Translations under genes and position numbers: made by a program | Shown here: in pieces, positions 1 through 15,020 of the stretch | How positions within the stretch are numbered: the stretch's first letter is position 1 | Layout: each line of letters begins with the position of its first letter | Assembly: GCF_006345805.1 (NCBI RefSeq) | Contig: NC_043000.1 | Span: forward strand, 52,204,001 to 52,268,000 | Direction: 5' to 3' | Origin: Octopus sinensis | Lineage: Eukaryota | Length of the DNA: 64,000 bases | Notes under the pieces: generated by a model | The model's input: the letters and a program-made list of their open reading frames with translations, nothing else | Databases searched by the model: none | What the model was told of the DNA's origin: nothing

Positions 1-352
1 GCTCCTTTCGGAATTCCTCATGAGAAGTGCGTGAGGGCGGCCATGTCTCAAGCTCGTGTGTGCTGGCACATCTGTAGCGCTGCTTCTAATTTATGTATAA
101 TACGTGCAGTTTCCCTGTATTCTTCCTTTTTTTAAAAAATAATAATACATGTCCATGTTATCAAAAATGAACCTACCCACATCCAGATGTAGCTAACTAA
201 TATATTGACTGCCAACCTCCAGCCTGTTGTTATCTTGGGGCCCTAGTCTGTCTATGACGATAGCTTCCTTAATTCTTAGATTACCCAAATTTCTTTCATT
301 GGCTACAATTGTGACTGTTATGCTTTTTTCGGTGTTCCGGCATCTGTCTAGA

Positions 353-500
353 TGTATGTATGTATGTATGTATGTATGTATGTATGTATGTATGTATGTA
401 TGTATGTATGTGTGTGTGTATGCATGTATGTTTATGCATGTTTATGCATGTTTATACATATATATATATATATATATATGTATGTATATATGTGTGTGTA
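353..500. repeat. (TATG)n/(TA)n compound microsatellite
   Basis: Direct tandem repeats; explains the MYVC-type ORFs at 227-629. Confidence 0.95.
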
Positions 501-2164
501 TGTGTGCATGGGTATGTATATATGTGGAATAGAGCGTTCATCTGTTGGTGTGTGGCTTGCTTTCTAGCCATCACGAGTGGTGTGCTTCACTTTGATATGG
601 CTCTATCTTTAAAAAGAAATTCAGTGTAAACACACACACAGACATACACACACACACACTCACACACACATAATACATACATGAATAAATACGTGTAATC
701 ATGCATTTTCTTTTTTAATTTAGATCTAATTTTGAACACACTCATGCTTGTTCACAAGAGTATAAAGGAAAGCATCTTGCTCAGTTCACCATTAAGGTCT
801 TTCAGATTTTTGTTGTCCCAGATATCGTTATCATTTGTAGCATAAACATGAGAACTTGCATTTTCTTCCCAAGGCCCCAAGTTCAACCAGGCCTTGCCCC
901 AGTTCGCTTCAATAATTATGAAACTGAAAGTCCATCGTGAGTAGTGGATTTGTAAATTCGTATCTAACGGTTTATATAAGTTTTTTGTCCAGAAGCAGAT
1001 GATTTCCACAACAGAGTATATTTACTCATGGTCCTACGCAACATTAACTGGCCTGATATATTTTATCGTGACGGCTGTTTTAATTTTTAAGCCTCACCAA
1101 TATTCTTTTGATCCATAGGTCTCAACAAAGGCCGATGTCCCAGATTATTGTCCTCTTCATGTTGTCTCAGCTTTTGTCTTTCACAGCCTATTTTTATTGT
1201 TCGGCCATATATTTTGCCTGTTATGTTGCACATACTTGGCATGAACCTTTTGTTCTTGGACCCCCATGGAGGTTTCTTTTAAAGTAGTATGACATAATCT
1301 TATCGGCACTCCATGTACAACTTTTGATGCGATGGCTTTTCAGAGAGCAGTAGCATTTAAATTTTTATTTTTACATATATATTGAATTTACAAAACACCT
1401 TGGGGATAGATTTGCACGAGTTGTTATTTCATGCTTTTCTGCAGTTCATTAACTATCATAATATTGTTATTGTGTTTGTGCTAGCAAGCTTAGGTAAGAA
1501 AATTACTGGCTTCTTTCCTCTGCTGCAGATGTTGCTTCGGTGTCACTATACGTGCTTCATACTCTCTCAATACAGATTTAAGAAATATAGCCTGCCTAAA
1601 TATACATTGATATGCAAGTTTCCAGTAGAAGTCGTTTGCGAGTTCGTTCGTCTATCTCACTGAGTTCAAATGTGTTTGAATTTGTTTTGTAAGAATTTCA
1701 ATGTGAAATCGTATATTGAAACCTATAATGTTGGATTTATATCTATAATATTCATAATGCTAATAAACGCACGCACAATTTGTAGTCAGTTTTCGTTTCA
1801 GTTTTATTAGTTACCATCACATTATTCTTAATATAAACCCTAAATGAGGAAGATATGAAATACTCCGAGAATAACTTTCTTATAAGTAGTAAGAGAATGA
1901 AAGATCATTCATTGCTAAAAGGAATTAAAATATTCTTATGAATTTAGTGTTATTGGATATTTGAAGGTAAAACTATATTGTCTATGCCCCTACTGACATC
2001 AGAAACAGTAGCTGTATCTTATAATAGCTAGTAATATATTTTTCACAGTTACAAACATGGCAGAGAAATATTTAACTACATTTTCAAGATGAGTTCCCTT
2101 TTAAGGCCTATTAAAGGTCCATTACTACTATTTGGGTGTATTATATATATATATTAACGCGTTC

Positions 2165-2254
<90 letters not shown>

Positions 2255-2512
2255 TATACATGTAGGCAAGTGTATGTATATGAAGGACTCAATCTAGTAC
2301 TTAACTTTTATATCTGCTACTTATTTAATCGATGTCAATTGTCAAACCGACCCTTAAGTTGCGAGAACTTAAAAAAAGTCGATACGGGTTGTGTAGCGGT
2401 AGAGTGTGTGTGGACACACAGACACTAAAACATTCACAATACTCACCCTCGTGTACGTATACACACGTACACGCGCATACGCACCCCCGCACCCCCACAC
2501 ACACATGCTAAC

Positions 2513-3153
2513 CTGTGAGACAATCACAAGCTAGTGACGAAAGCTCTCTCCACTTACAAATACTGTATACTTTTTAAGCGACTCACAGTCGCTGATCTTG
2601 TATAGAGAAAAAACAATTTGTTTGAAATCTCTGAGCGAGAGAAAAACAGTTACAGTACCAAATAGTAATTTTTATAAGCCAACAGAATGTGGGAGTCATA
2701 TAAATGACGATATTACTATTGTTTTAACCCTAAGAAATAATATTTTCCCGCAGGCTTTCGACAAACAGTTTGTGTCCACACTGAGGACAAGTAACATTCA
2801 GAAACCTAGGTCTGTGAGTATCACGTAAGGCTAGAGATGGGAGCGATAACTTCCCTTACAAATGCTATAGGGACACAAACTGTGTGTCGAGACCCAGCTG
2901 GAAAAGAAGTTTTCCTGCGACTAAAGCAAGAGTAATACCGTCATATATAGGACTGCCACATTCTGTTGGTATATAAACATTACTATTCAGTACTGTTACT
3001 GTATTTCTCACGGTCAGAGATTTAAGACAAGTTGTCTTTCTCTATACGAGGTCATAGGTGTGTGTCGATTAAAACATTTTTAGTATTTGCAAATAGAGAG
3101 ATATTTCGTCACTAGCTTGTGGTTGTCTTACACTGAGGACGGATATACATTCA
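2513..3153. mobile_element. Foldback (long inverted repeat) non-autonomous element carrying hammerhead motifs
   Basis: Arms ~2513-2777 and ~2871-3132 are reverse complements. Anchors: cacaagctagtgacgaaa 2525-2542 / tttcgtcactagcttgtg 3104-3121; ccaacagaatgtgg 2679-2692 / 2956-2969; 2760-2777 / 2871-2888. HHR motif in the spacer and a second partial core at 3133. Confidence 0.75.
2777..2816 (+). ncRNA. Minimal type-I hammerhead ribozyme motif (stem II decayed)
   Basis: caca-CTGAGGA(2781-2787)-13 nt-GAAAC(2801-2805)-ctag-GTC(2810-2812)-tgtg. Stem I caca/tgtg; stem III is the palindrome acctaggt; stem II does not pair well in this copy. Confidence 0.7.
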
Positions 3154-3178
3154 TATATACATAATATAATAAATTGTA

Positions 3179-3223
3179 ATATATACATATGTATATATAT
3201 ATATATTATATATATATATATAT

Positions 3224-3304
<81 letters not shown>

Positions 3305-3325
3305 GTGTGTGTGTGTGTGTGTGTG
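3179..3325. repeat. (TA)n-(TG)n microsatellite
   Basis: Direct tandem repeats. Confidence 0.95.
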
Positions 3326-3333
3326 ATTCAATT

Positions 3334-3478
3334 GCGCAGGCGTGGTTGTGTGGTAAGAAAGTTGCATTCCAATTACATGAATCTGGGTTCAGTCCCACTG
3401 CGTAGCACTTTGGGCAAGTGCTTTCTACTGTATCCTCGAGTCGTCTGTTGTAGCCGGAAACTGAAAGAAGCCCGTCGT
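3334..3478 (+). mobile_element. tRNA-derived SINE family A, 5' half
   Basis: Pol III-like head (gtggtaag...gggttcagtccc) and ggaaactgaaagaagcccgtcg shared with copies at 7470, 18849, 44419 and 52455; ends in (TA)n. Confidence 0.85.
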
Positions 3479-3504
3479 ATATATATATATATTATATATA
3501 TATA

Positions 3505-3551
<47 letters not shown>

Positions 3552-3611
3552 TAAATTATGTGTGCATGAGCATGCTTCTCCAGTTGACCAATTCACTCTC
3601 AAAATATTAGT

Positions 3612-3712
3612 CAACACGGGGCAATACTAAAATACACTCGACCAAAGTGATGTGCAGTGGGACTGAACCCGAAACTACATGGATGCAAGGCTATCTTTTA
3701 AACCACGCAGCC
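3612..3712 (-). mobile_element. tRNA-derived SINE head, family A-related
   Basis: gcagtgggactgaacccgaaac...aaaccacgcagcc is the reverse complement of the family A head. Confidence 0.65.
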
Positions 3713-4059
3713 AAACATATACATATTCCAGAATTTCGTACTAAAGTTTCGCTGCCTATTGTATACACGTGTGTTTGTATGTAAGCCTGCGCATGTATGA
3801 ATGTATCTATGTAGGTTTGTACGCATGTGTTAATGAATGTATGTATGACATAATGGTGTATTGAATATCTATGGATTTTCTAGTCAAGACTCGAAACTTC
3901 TCTCCCTGTTCAAACACATACTGTTGATGCATTCCTTACAGCTGCAACTGTCGTAACGCATAACATTGCCTATAAAATTTATGCATATGTGCTATAGCAC
4001 CATTATATGTATGTATAAGTATATGTACATACATACATACAAGCACGCACGCAAACACA

Positions 4060-4147
4060 CGCATATGTGTACATATATATATATATATACTTACATATAT
4101 TTATGTGTTTACACACACACATACATATATATATATATGTATGTATA

Positions 4148-4216
<69 letters not shown>
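4060..4216. repeat. (TA)n-rich microsatellite
   Basis: Direct tandem repeats. Confidence 0.95.
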
Positions 4217-4218
<2 letters not shown>

Positions 4219-5394
4219 TAGGGTTTCATTCCCAAATTCCATTATTCATTGACTAGTGTGTCTTAAATCTAAAGCAGTTCATTTCAGTAGTATATCCAGA
4301 TGTATTTATTTTATTTTTATAAATGGTATTGGTAATTTTTTCTCCATATGTCTAAAATACTAAGTTCTTTAAACCAATAAGGCTTAGATTTTTAAAAAAA
4401 ATCAGCGTATTGGGAATTAATCCTATTTGGAAGTAAAGTTCGAGTTCTTAGTTTCCTTCAAGATACCTTCCCACGTATATTTTCAGCTGATAAATGTGTT
4501 TATTTATTATTTTTGTAAATTTTTTGGGCACATCTGATTATTTTCTACAATCTCATATGCAGGCGCACATATATATAATTATATATGTACACACATAAGT
4601 ATATTATACATATACATATATACATACATACTTACATATGTGCTTAAATGCGTACATATATATATATATATATTTACACACATACATATATATACATACA
4701 TACATACTTACGTATATATATACATATATATATATAGATACATATATACATATGAATCTATATATGCATTTACATAAATATGTATATATATATATATAAA
4801 TTTGTATATATATATAAATATATGATTAACTCGTTATGTGTGTGAGTATATATATATATATATATATATGCACGTGAGTATGTACATTTTGTCTCCCATG
4901 TACACACTCTCACATCATGTACATATATATGTGTTGCGCGTGTGTATGTATATATAACATGAAAATATGCTTATATATAAATGATTATTCATATATAGTA
5001 TTCATGTATATGTGTTCATGTATGTATACGTACATAGATGAACAGGTGTCCCTCTCTCTCTCTTTTTAGCACTCTCAATCTCTCTCCCGCGTACATTCTC
5101 ACGCTCTGGTCATTTCCGCCTTTCGTTACATCTGTTCGACTGCCTAAGTTTCTGCTACATCCCTACGAAGCTTGAAATTGTTTGGTGCCGAATCAAACTA
5201 TTTCAAATGGTGTCTACAACTCCTACTAAATGGTGTCGAGTTTCGCTTCCTTTCATTTGTCCACTCGGTCGTACACTCACACACACACACATACACGCAC
5301 ACACATACATATATGTATGTATATATATACATACGTATGTTGTATGTATAAATAAGTGTGTGTGTGTGTAAACATATATATATATATATATATA

Positions 5395-6480
5395 CGAGGG
5401 TGAGTCAAAACTTATACGTAGTCATTTTTTCAATGTATTTACACAAAAACAGGGGATAAACAACTACCTCATTTATCTGTTTAGACTTCTTCCTTTACGA
5501 TGCACTTGGTCTAGCACTCCTCAAGCTTGCGTATTCCCTCTGAGAAGGTGTTCGGTTGTTCGTGCAACCATTTATGCACCGCTTCTTTCACATCTTCAGC
5601 GGTAGGTAAACGACGGCCTTGTAAACCACTTTTGCGCGGCCTAAAGATATTTACAGTTAGAAGGGGTGAGATCCGGGTAGTAGGCAAGGTGTTCCAACGC
5701 CTCAAAACCTAAAGGTTTTAACGATCTGGGCAGCCGTGTATGGGTGTGCATTGCCATGCAGCAACGAAACATTCTTCGATAATAGGCTTCGGCGATCTGT
5801 GTGAATTGCTTGTTTCAGTTTGTTGGCCAGCAAAACACTCTATTTTGCACTGTTGATTGTACACCACTTTTCCAGGTAGTCTTCCTGTATTAGTCCTTTC
5901 GAAACCACAAAAACGGTTAGCATCACCTTTTCCGCAGAAGACTGAGTCTTGAATATCTTCGTCACTGGCGAGCCAGAATGATTCCATTCCATACTCTGTC
6001 ATTTGAATTCTTCCTCATAATGACGGAGACACGTTTCCTCTGTCACTATTCTGCTGAAAACTTCCCTGCCTTCACTACTGTAGCGATCGAATAAAAGTTA
6101 GCGAACCTCAATACGTTTGCGCTTGTGCTGTGTAGTAAGCTCTCTTAGCCGCCATCTTGCACAGACTTTATGGAAGCCAAGCTCATCGTGTATGATTTGA
6201 TAGGCAGAACCATGTCTAATCTACAGAGAACACGCTACATCATCGATGATAACTCGCCGGTTCACCATTACCATCTCTCGAACTTGCTTAATCTTCCCGT
6301 CAGTGGTGGAAGTTGACGGGTGTTCTGATCTCTCTTCGTGCGTCACGCTTGCCCGGCTACTTTTAAACTTATCGATCCTCTCATACACACTTCTACGAGA
6401 CCCTTCCTCACTATCTCCATTTGTATATGCAAGAATATACACGGAGTGTACATACTATATATTTGTGGTACAATTGAAAT
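5395..6480 (-). mobile_element. Degenerate mariner (DD34D-type) transposon, 5'-truncated
   Basis: Terminal TA|cgagggtgagtcaaaa. Frameshifted transposase: HTH-region SVYERIDKFKSSRASVTHEERSEHPSTS (6221-6442), YYPDLTPSN-like motif near 5660-5690, C-terminal EDVKEAVHKWLHEQP. Second TIR not found. Confidence 0.9.
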
Positions 6481-6509
6481 GTAAATTCAGTCACAAATAT
6501 CTACCTACC

Positions 6510-6558
6510 TACATACATACGCACGCACACACACACACACAGACACACACACACACAG

Positions 6559-6591
<33 letters not shown>

Positions 6592-6601
6592 CACAAACAC
6601 A

Positions 6602-6632
<31 letters not shown>

Positions 6633-6675
6633 CACCACACACACACAATACACACACACACACACACAAATATAT
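6510..6675. repeat. (CA)n microsatellite
   Basis: Direct tandem repeats. Confidence 0.95.
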
Positions 6676-7469
6676 ACTAAATGCGTTTGTATCTGTAAAT
6701 CATATCTGCATATGTGTACATTTTTCCGTATGTTGAAAATATTTTCTATTAGTCTCTTTAACTAGACGTTATTTCTCTTTGCTTGTAAATGGGTTACAAC
6801 CAAAATTCCCAACATCAGAATTACTTCACATATATTATAACCAGTGATATATGATCAGTATTTTTCCTTGCTATACTGCATTTGATTTAATTTGCATTCG
6901 TAATTTTAAGGTAGTAGATTTTGTTTTTGTTAATGTTTGATTAGTATTCGTGAATAAAGGTTAAATTATATCACAACAAGACTTAAAATAGCACATAAGA
7001 GAGTACCATCATATATTATTGTATATAGTTCAGAAATGCCATATATACAATAATTAAATTTATAATAAACAGTAGCATACTATAATTTTCCATGTAGTAT
7101 ACGTAGACTATTAAATCACGTATACTTACATATACATATCAATATATATATGTTTGTGGGTGATTGTGTGTTTATGTGTGTGCGTGTGTGTGAGTACACA
7201 CCACACATAAATGTATATATCCGCATGCGCGTTTACACGTGTCTGCGTAAGCGTGTTTGCGTGTGTGACTGTATATAGGTGTATATGTGACCATTAGTGT
7301 CACTGTGTATACTTAAAGTGGAGAAAATAATTTAAGACAACAATTATGAGCACAACTATAGTAAATCTCCACCTTGCACACTAATTTTCACTTTCCATAT
7401 AAGTTGCTACATATAAGATAAACGCTATAGAACGAACCAAACGCTAGATTTCTCTATAAACATATATAT

Positions 7470-7877
7470 TACTCTCTTTTACTCTTTAACTTGTTTCAGT
7501 CATCTGACTGTGGCCATGCTCGTGCACCGCATTTCGTCGAGCAAATCGATCCCAGGACTTATTCTTTGTAAGCATAGTACTTATTCTATCGGGCTCTTTT
7601 GCCAAACTGCTAAGTTAAGGGGACGTAAACACACCAGCATCGGTTGTCAAGCGATGTTGGGGGGACAAACACAGACACACAAAAATATACACACACATAC
7701 ACACACATATATACATATATACGACTGGCTTCTTTCAGTTTCCGTCTACCAAATCCACTCACAATTCTTTGGTCGGCCCGAGGCTATAGTAGAAGATACT
7801 TGCCAAGGTGCCACGCAGTGGGACTGAAGCCGGAACCATGTGGTTGTTAAGCAAGCTACTTACCACAGGGCCACTTC
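7470..7877 (-). mobile_element. tRNA-derived SINE family A, near full length
   Basis: Head at ~7790-7877, internal (CA/TA)n at ~7670-7720, 3' body, and A-rich tail (tactctcttttactc on +). Collinear with other copies in the window. Confidence 0.9.
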
Positions 7878-9800
7878 CACTTTCAATCGCTTTCAGAATG
7901 TTTGCATTTACCTTTTTCTTCAGTCTTGCTCTCTAAGAGCCTCAATTTTCGGGAAATAAACTTTACGATAGATATGACGTTTCTACGTTGCTGCTTTGCC
8001 GCTCTTGTTGCTCTTGCTGCTGGTGGTAATGGTGGCTTTGGCGACGACTTTTAAGTTAGTCCCGGGTGAAACTGATGTACCAGAAGTCTGATTGATGACA
8101 TTTCAGCTTCGACCATCCCGTACTCAAGTATAGTCATATCTTTATATATATATATATATATATATGTCGATGTATTTTTCCTTTGTTAAGACGATACATG
8201 ACAATTCCTTCTAGAGTTTCTGTCTTGCATCATAAAAGACGAACCAAGTTTGATACACAGGGTATTGAAAATTTAACTTTAGGCATTATTTTAACAGAAT
8301 GATGTTAGTTGGTTAAATTTTTTCAAGTGTCTCGAGTTATTGTACATATTGTAAAAACCCTGATCTAGCTCATAGAAACGTGAGCGTAATAGCAAAAATT
8401 CAACGAAAATTAAGACCGATCTAAATTAGTTTGAGAAACTTTTGAACCCGTAAAATGCTTTTCATTGAAGTGTGTCACCGTGCAAGATTCTCGCTTGTGA
8501 CAAAACGATTTCAAAACATTATAGTCAGCTCAGAATCCCTATTGGGCTGATGACTGTATTTTGAACTCTCCTTTCTCAGTACCAATATCTTATTTCCAAA
8601 GTGAGGTAGCTCTGATCTGATTATAAAAATTCCCTTATAAGTTACTATTATTGAGTGACAGCGCATATTGGCCATCAGGCCGGAATAAAATGGCAAGAAG
8701 ATACGTGAAACAGTGACTGAAAGTAAGCAAACCTGAGACCAGTTCAAATATGTATAAGAGATAAATAACAGCAGAAAGCCTTTTACCGGTTAAAATATCT
8801 CTGAAAATATTAGAATGGGTGTTAAGTTTGTTAACTCCCAATCACTGCTTTGCATATCATAACACAAGCACTCAGTTCACCTGAAGGAGCTTTAATGTTG
8901 TTGGTCAGTTTACTAAAAAAGCAGCTAAATATCACTCAAATCACAGATGTAGAAATTCACAGAAAGAGGATTATGTCAGTTGTGATAACATAAATCACAG
9001 ATTTGCTGAATTAGGTTGACCAAAGTTTAAACAACAACAAAAACATCATCATCATCATAAACAACAATAACAACAACTGTGGTTGTCAAATCTCCGAAAT
9101 AAAATGCGGTATTCTAAAAGACACACTATACGTAATTCATATACAAATATCTTTGAATGAGAATGTCTTTGAATGAGAAAGTGTTTAATGTAGTAATACA
9201 TACACCAGTAATTTCATGAATACCTGTACTTATAAGTCAAATAAATCAGACCCGACTTTTCCTTAAACAACATCAATAACTACAGCTGTTGGATGGCTTG
9301 CAGGAAGGAATTAATAGATGACATGACAAGGGATGTGGAACAAAAAGTTCAAAGACACTAGATAGGAAACATGATAAGTCAAATAGTAGAAGTAGTAGTG
9401 TAGTAGTCGTAGTAGTATTAGTATTAGTTGTAGTGGTCGTAGTATTTTCAATAATTTTAATCTTTAAATTTATCACACCAAAGCTCACTTATCGCACTGG
9501 CTTTCTTATCAGTGACATCCTACCAACGATCAATATAACCTTACCACCTTAGATCTGCCGATAACAAATATCAACAGCTGCGTCTTATGTAAATTTTTCC
9601 AATGTTGGCCAACAGAAATGTAAAATACAGTATATATTGCTAGGTGAACATATAATACTTATAAAAGTATATAGGACTGTGATATATCTATTAATAATTA
9701 TATATGTATTTATGTACACACACACACTTATATATATATTTATATATATATAAATGTATATATATATATATATATATATATAAATATATATAAATAAATG

Positions 9801-9835
<35 letters not shown>

Positions 9836-11696
9836 ATACATATACGGAGAGTGAGAGAGATAAGGAGAGACATAATGTGTACGAAAGCTCAATGTAGCAT
9901 TCCAAAAGCTAGTATTTTCCGACTATGTCAACTTTGGAGTGACACAGGTGTTTGATGTTTATTAAAATGCGAAAAAAGAAACAAAAGCATAACACAAGAT
10001 ACAAAGAATAACTAAATTGCACAAACATGGGTCGAAAGATACTTTGGTGAGAAACATTCATATCATTACGCTCTACTGCTTACTTCAGAATTAATCGATA
10101 GAGAATCTAATCATTGTTATATGTTTTTAAATGCCAGACTAATTAGCGAATCTAAGTCATGGGTGAGAAAAAAAAAATGTTGTTAGTTGATTAAATTTCT
10201 CTGTTTTATTATGAGTCTCGAGGTAATATATATTGTAAATCTTCTGATTTATCGCCTGGAAACATGAGTCTAACAGCAAAGATTTAGCCATGCAGTAGGA
10301 AATATTTATTATAAACCTTCAGGTACACATCTATTATGCATTTGTTTATTGTTTTAGGTTCTATGTAGTTACAGGCAGACACATAAACACACACACACAT
10401 ACACACACAGACACAGACACACACACACACACATGCACACACACTCAAATACACCCGTCCTTCATATACACTCATCCTTCATAGCCTTGGGCCAAGAAAA
10501 TAACAGGGATTTGATAGCTGGAAGTTAGGAGCGATGCACCAGCACTTGGCTGCTATTCATTTACAGTTTTGTAACCTTCAGGAACTTGAAATAAATTGCA
10601 ATACTCAAGAATACAACACACTGAGTCCAATGGCGTAACTGCTACACCAGATACCTTCAAAAATACCTACGCTTACAGACACTCAGTGTTTGCTGAAACG
10701 TATGCCGAGTTTAAAAATAGAGTCCACATTTATTGCCTCACTGTAATAGAGGCTATTATTCTTTAAATTAATTCGGATAATCTTGATGCACAACGAAACG
10801 TTTATTTTATTTTGGTGACACGCTTTAAGGTACATTGCGCTGTTTTTGTAGCGAATTTCTTTTTCCGCTGGTAGTCTGAAATGAACGAATTTTCGAGTTA
10901 TGCGATTTCAACATTAGGAACAGAAATCTTCAAGGGCACGATGAGGGAAGTGGACCGGTTGGTGTACAAATGTTATCTCACGCCAAAAATCACGAATTAC
11001 TGACGCACTGGTGGGTTTATTGTCGTGTTCTGCTTTTACCACTTTTTACTTAAATTTAGCGTGAACACACAATATCGTTAAATTTCCTTTAAAAGCGTTC
11101 GTTGGAAATGATCTGACTACTGTTTGTAGGCTGTCAAGCGATCCAGTAAAAACTGAAGAGTAGAAATGCTAGTAACACCATTTCTAAAATTTCACCGTTT
11201 CAATTTCTTTCCGAAGTTTTTGTTGTTAGCGCGTATTATAGCAAGCAGTTACAAATGAGAATGTTGAGGTGTTACTGGTGATATTACCAGTGAGTTTTAA
11301 GTTTTACCCGTGACAAAAACTCGTTCCAGCAGCGGCTAGTAGTTACGGCAGACGCACTTCACGCAAGTTGCGCCTTGTGAAAGACATGTACGCGCAGCCA
11401 GCCGCATGCCAATGTGAAATTTGTCGTCCTCGGTATGGGAAACAGTGAATAAAACATTCTCTGATATTGTGCATAACAGCTCGGTTGAGTTAATATCTGA
11501 TATACGCAACTCAGGCAGAAAAGAGTTAAAATAACAATCAACGTATCATATTTCACGCATGTACATCGTTGACAAGTAAGTTATTGCGATATTTGCTTGC
11601 GGTATTCATCTGTAGTTTTCAAATTAATCCAATGTATGTTGTGCCTTTAAACACAAAACATCTGTAAGAGTTTATATTATAATTACTAGAAGACTG

Positions 11697-11845
11697 CGAG
11701 CTGCCAGAATCCTTTGTACGCCTAGCAAAAATGCTCAGAGGAATTTCGTCCGTCTTTATGTTCTGAGTTCAAATTCCGCCGTGGTCGACTTTGGATTCGA
11801 TGTAATAGACTCACCCCTCACCATCTGCTCCAAAATTTGAAAGAA
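11697..11845 (+). mobile_element. tRNA-derived SINE family B
   Basis: gttctgagttcaaattccgccgtggtcgacttt (B-box-like) identical to the copy at 15936. Confidence 0.8.
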
Positions 11846-11994
11846 ATATAACTACTAATGTGATTATAATTTATAAATACAGTTCAAGATAAATGTGCTA
11901 TCTGAAAGTTTCATCAAAGGAATTGCAAAGCAATGTTAGAATATACTATGCATTCAGAACGTCATTGGTCACAACTTTGCATTCGCAATATATC

Positions 11995-12145
11995 CTTTAT
12001 TCTTTTATTATTTTATCTGTTACAGTCGTTTGATTGTGGCCATGCTGAAACACCCTGTTGAAGGGCTTTTAGTCGTACAAATCGACCCCATGACTTATTT
12101 CTTAAGCTGAGTACTTATTCTATTGGACTCTTTTGCCGAAGCGCT
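11995..12145 (-). mobile_element. SINE family A, 3' half
   Basis: tggccatgct...aaatcgacccc...gacttatt...agtacttattctat...ttttgccgaa matches 7500-7610. Confidence 0.8.
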
Positions 12146-12197
12146 ATATATAGTTCCATGTTTCGTAAGTATATATACACCATTATATATACACCAT

Positions 12198-12283
<86 letters not shown>

Positions 12284-14520
12284 CGTGCGTGTGTGTGTAT
12301 GCATGCATATATAACATATACACCACTATTATATACGTATAAGATTAAATTCGTGGTCTAAAACACCATAAATTGCAGTGTAATAGTATCATAATCGCTG
12401 AATAATTGGCGAACACATACCAGCTATCATTACAGCCTTACTATGTTTTCTCTGAAAAAGAAATCTTATAAAAGGTTTATGTAGTATATTTATAGATTAC
12501 CGTATAAAGCAGAAAAGCATCACCTAATCTCGAGACTAAGAAATATTTTGAAAATGGTAGAATTTGCTTAATCAATCTGCTGAAATACTGATATTTGTAC
12601 TGATTTCCTTCCTGTCATCTGCATGCCAGTAGCGATTCAGATCACGTTAAAACCATGTTTGTAATTTTATCGATCATTTACCAGCTTATAAATTGAACTT
12701 CCATTACCATGTAATGACATATCTCCTTCAACTCAAAATCCAGCACCAATGTCTTCCCTTATCTTTTGAGTTCGTTGGAAAAAAAACATTGCTACAGCAG
12801 TTTGTTCTTGACAACATGCACAGTTGATTATGTTAATTTTTTTCTTAGGTATCTGTGCATTAATTTTCATTATTGTCCTTTTTTTTTAATATTCATCTAT
12901 AAACTATCTTTTTCATTTAATACGGCTTTCCTTCATAAACAGAAATATAGCCAGTCTTGCTGATAACAACAGAACATAATAATTAATTAGTTAAATGCGG
13001 GCTACCATACTTAAAGTGGTCTTCCGAAATTAATTTTTGATTAATTGATAATAAAATAGAAATATAACAATTCTGGGATGAATTATCATTAACGCTAATG
13101 AATTTCCTTCTCATTAAACTTACACTTTCAACTGATTATGTAATACTTTTGCCTCTCTAGCTTCCACACGACAGGTTGCATCTATTTTTCATACAAAATA
13201 CGATATCTGTTAGTCACTCTGAGTATTTGGCAGTTGTATGTGGACTCCTTTATTGCTTAGGAGTACTTATAATATCATAACATGTCCAAAGATGTTAGCA
13301 TGGCTGTCGAGGATCAATTTAACTCTGTTAATGACATCTCCATTAAATTGTTGTTTTTCTAAAATTCCGGGAGTTTTCTCCGTTGTCACTTACTTCTTAC
13401 AATTATAATGTCAATTGTTTCAGAAGTTTTGACTCACAACTTGAAGAATGTTAGCATGCACTCTACAACAGATTTTATGCAGAATAATCCTTTTGGAAAT
13501 TTTATAGCATCAGTTAGCGTCACTTTTGAATCACGATATAATCACGTAAATTTAAAGAGTTCAACCCACTCTTCCTTCTGATTTAGTTTAAAACTTTTCT
13601 GTGATTTTCAAGTATACTTTATCCTTTGGTTATTTTTACTTCTCAGCTTTCTTTGAAATTTTCTTTTATTCTGGTATCTCCTAGAGATAATTTTAAGTAC
13701 TACTTTCTGCACATATTGTTACAGCAGCGAAATAATCAGTTAAAATCTCGAAATTTTGTAAAACATTGGTACTATAGAATTACACTGATTTACTAAAGCT
13801 AGTACATGGTATAAAGAGTTGTCAATGCCTGTGCTATGCTATTTAAACTATGAGATAAATATTCGCATAGTTGATATGCAATAATATAAGAAATTAAGGT
13901 AGTGCGTATTACGAAATTTACGGTGCATGTTACCTTGGAAATAAAATTTTAATCAAATTATCTCTTCGTACTTGCAAATCATACTGGATATTTTGTCCTT
14001 TCAAATATACTCATACTGCAATCTTGAAATTTATGAAGTATATGATAAAACAATTGAGAAATTTTCTAAATCATACTGTACCACTATAAGTACCACTATA
14101 AAGTAACATTTGTAAGTCAGCGTAGTACGTTCAATTGAGCAAAAAATTTTCAGGGCAAATATATTTTTAATTTGCAGTCGGAGGTTTCTTATGTTGCCGA
14201 GAAAAAAGTCACAGTTAACATTTCGCATCACCCAAATGCTATGCACCTGAGCCTTGTGAAAGCGAATACAATATTTGTGACTGGTGTAATACTAGATTTA
14301 AATATGCTGCACTTATAATTTTGTTGAACGTTATAATGTGGTGAATTACTGTACCACTAGCATGATGATCCCAGTGTCGTGTAGATAGAGTCGGGAGACG
14401 AACTCTCAACTTCGGTTTAAACAAAAACCTTTATGTGTGTATGTATGCATGTATATATGTATGTATGTGTGCGTGTGTGTATGCATGTATGTGTGTGTGT
14501 ATATGGATGCACGTATATGG

Positions 14521-15019
<499 letters not shown>

Positions 15020-15020
<1 letters not shown>

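Noticed and set aside
752-1345. Minus-strand 85-aa ORF and adjacent complex sequence as a gene or LINE
   Set aside because: No recognisable motifs or splice structure
2444-2453. actcaccctcg as the missing second TIR of the mariner at 5395
   Set aside because: It lies upstream and faces outward, so it cannot close the element
8546-8580. CTGATGA as a hammerhead core
   Set aside because: No GAAA or closing stems downstream; the same applies to cores at 15187, 23956, 28071, 29177, 47977 and 55076
10780-11530. piggyBac-like MITE ending aaagagttaa
   Set aside because: No matching left TIR or TTAA found
12500-13700. Ancient L1/Tx1-like LINE remnant on the minus strand
   Set aside because: Only faint motif echoes (C..C knuckle, L..DYKI-like); too degraded to support
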